From the NCBI GenBank assembly GCA_029742005.1, contig GCA_029742005.1_4113.1: a stretch of DNA of 64,000 nucleotides; one strand, given 5' to 3'. The notes under the pieces were generated by a model. The model searched no databases, was not told the origin of the DNA, and was given only the letters and a program-made list of their open reading frames with translations. The position numbers and the translations under genes were made by a program. Below, piece after piece: positions 63,572-64,000 of the stretch. Origin of the DNA: a phage. How positions within the stretch are numbered: the stretch's first letter is position 1; each line of letters starts with the position of its first letter.

Positions 63572-63882
63572 AAAACTTATTCAGTGTTCAGTACGTTCCT
63601 GGTGAAATTGGTTTATTGTATCTATTTGACCATGATAATTCATTATTACTAGTAGTGAAGAAATGCCAAGCTAGTTCGTTTGTTGAATACATTCACGATA
63701 GTGAATACATTCCTGATTTCCTAGAGTGTGATTATCACGATGAACATGAATCATTTATTTTTCAGGAATCACTCGTTTGGGATAAGTCTATTAACTTCTT
63801 TACGTTAATTGAATTACAAAAGCAGGTGAAGTATCATTGGGATTACTTAATTACACAGGATTACATTGAGATAGAAATATAA
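63568..63882 (+). CDS. FQ-motif family D protein
   Basis: ATGA overlap; ..HESFIFQESLVWDKSINFF.. Confidence 0.5.
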   Translation: MKNLFSVQYVPGEIGLLYLFDHDNSLLLVVKKCQASSFVEYIHDSEYIPDFLECDYHDEHESFIFQESLVWDKSINFFTLIELQKQVKYHWDYLITQDYIEIEI

Positions 63883-64000
63883 TGACTAAAAATGAATTTG
63901 ATTCACTTTGTACGGTTTATAATTCATTGACAGAAATACCTGACTTTATTAATTACATTTCAGCTTTAAATCAAATTATGCATAGTTTTGAACAATCGTT
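63882..64000 (+). CDS. hypothetical protein (3' partial, continues past window end)
   Basis: ATG overlapping previous stop (TAATG); open to window end. Confidence 0.4.
   Translation, partial: MTKNEFDSLCTVYNSLTEIPDFINYISALNQIMHSFEQS

Noticed and set aside
1-64000. Assigning the window to a specific named phage (T4, T5 or a particular jumbo phage)
   Set aside because: denV homology and PeSL-like cassettes point towards T4-type relatives, but the RCC1 array and the large paralog families are not something I can place from memory; naming a genome without a database search would be guesswork.

Overview
AT-rich, densely packed window that reads as a hyperplastic accessory region of a large virulent bacteriophage; the only firm homology call is a T4 endonuclease V (denV) homologue at 6163..6678. 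Layout: (1) 1-10.7 kb, forward-strand small genes including denV, a P-loop ATPase, kinase-like proteins and a 10-member family of small membrane proteins; (2) 10.7-22.8 kb, a minus-strand array of about ten paralogous RCC1-like beta-propeller proteins sharing an N-terminal MLPF[VA]RM..YGN motif, plus a glycine-rich protein, each with its own terminator/promoter; (3) 22.9-26.9 kb, 18 tandem ORFs, 17 of them small (48-75 aa); (4) 26.9-28.8 kb, a repeat-rich non-coding region with iteron-like direct repeats and many CAGTACTG palindromes; (5) 28.8-45.3 kb, about 47 small genes each preceded by a sigma70-like promoter and a 5' stem-loop (PeSL-like cassettes), with repeated terminator-promoter modules and clustered Chi octamers; (6) 45.5-53 kb, about 30 overlapping tandem paralogs with an LGTNYQ motif, one carrying an in-frame TGA; (7) 53-64 kb, about 25 tandem paralogs sharing an EE-[YFL]-[YF]-FQ motif. 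No rRNA, tRNA, CRISPR array, integrase or transposase was recognised. Most products are ORFans; all functional calls other than denV are motif-level inference, and no database search or computation was run.
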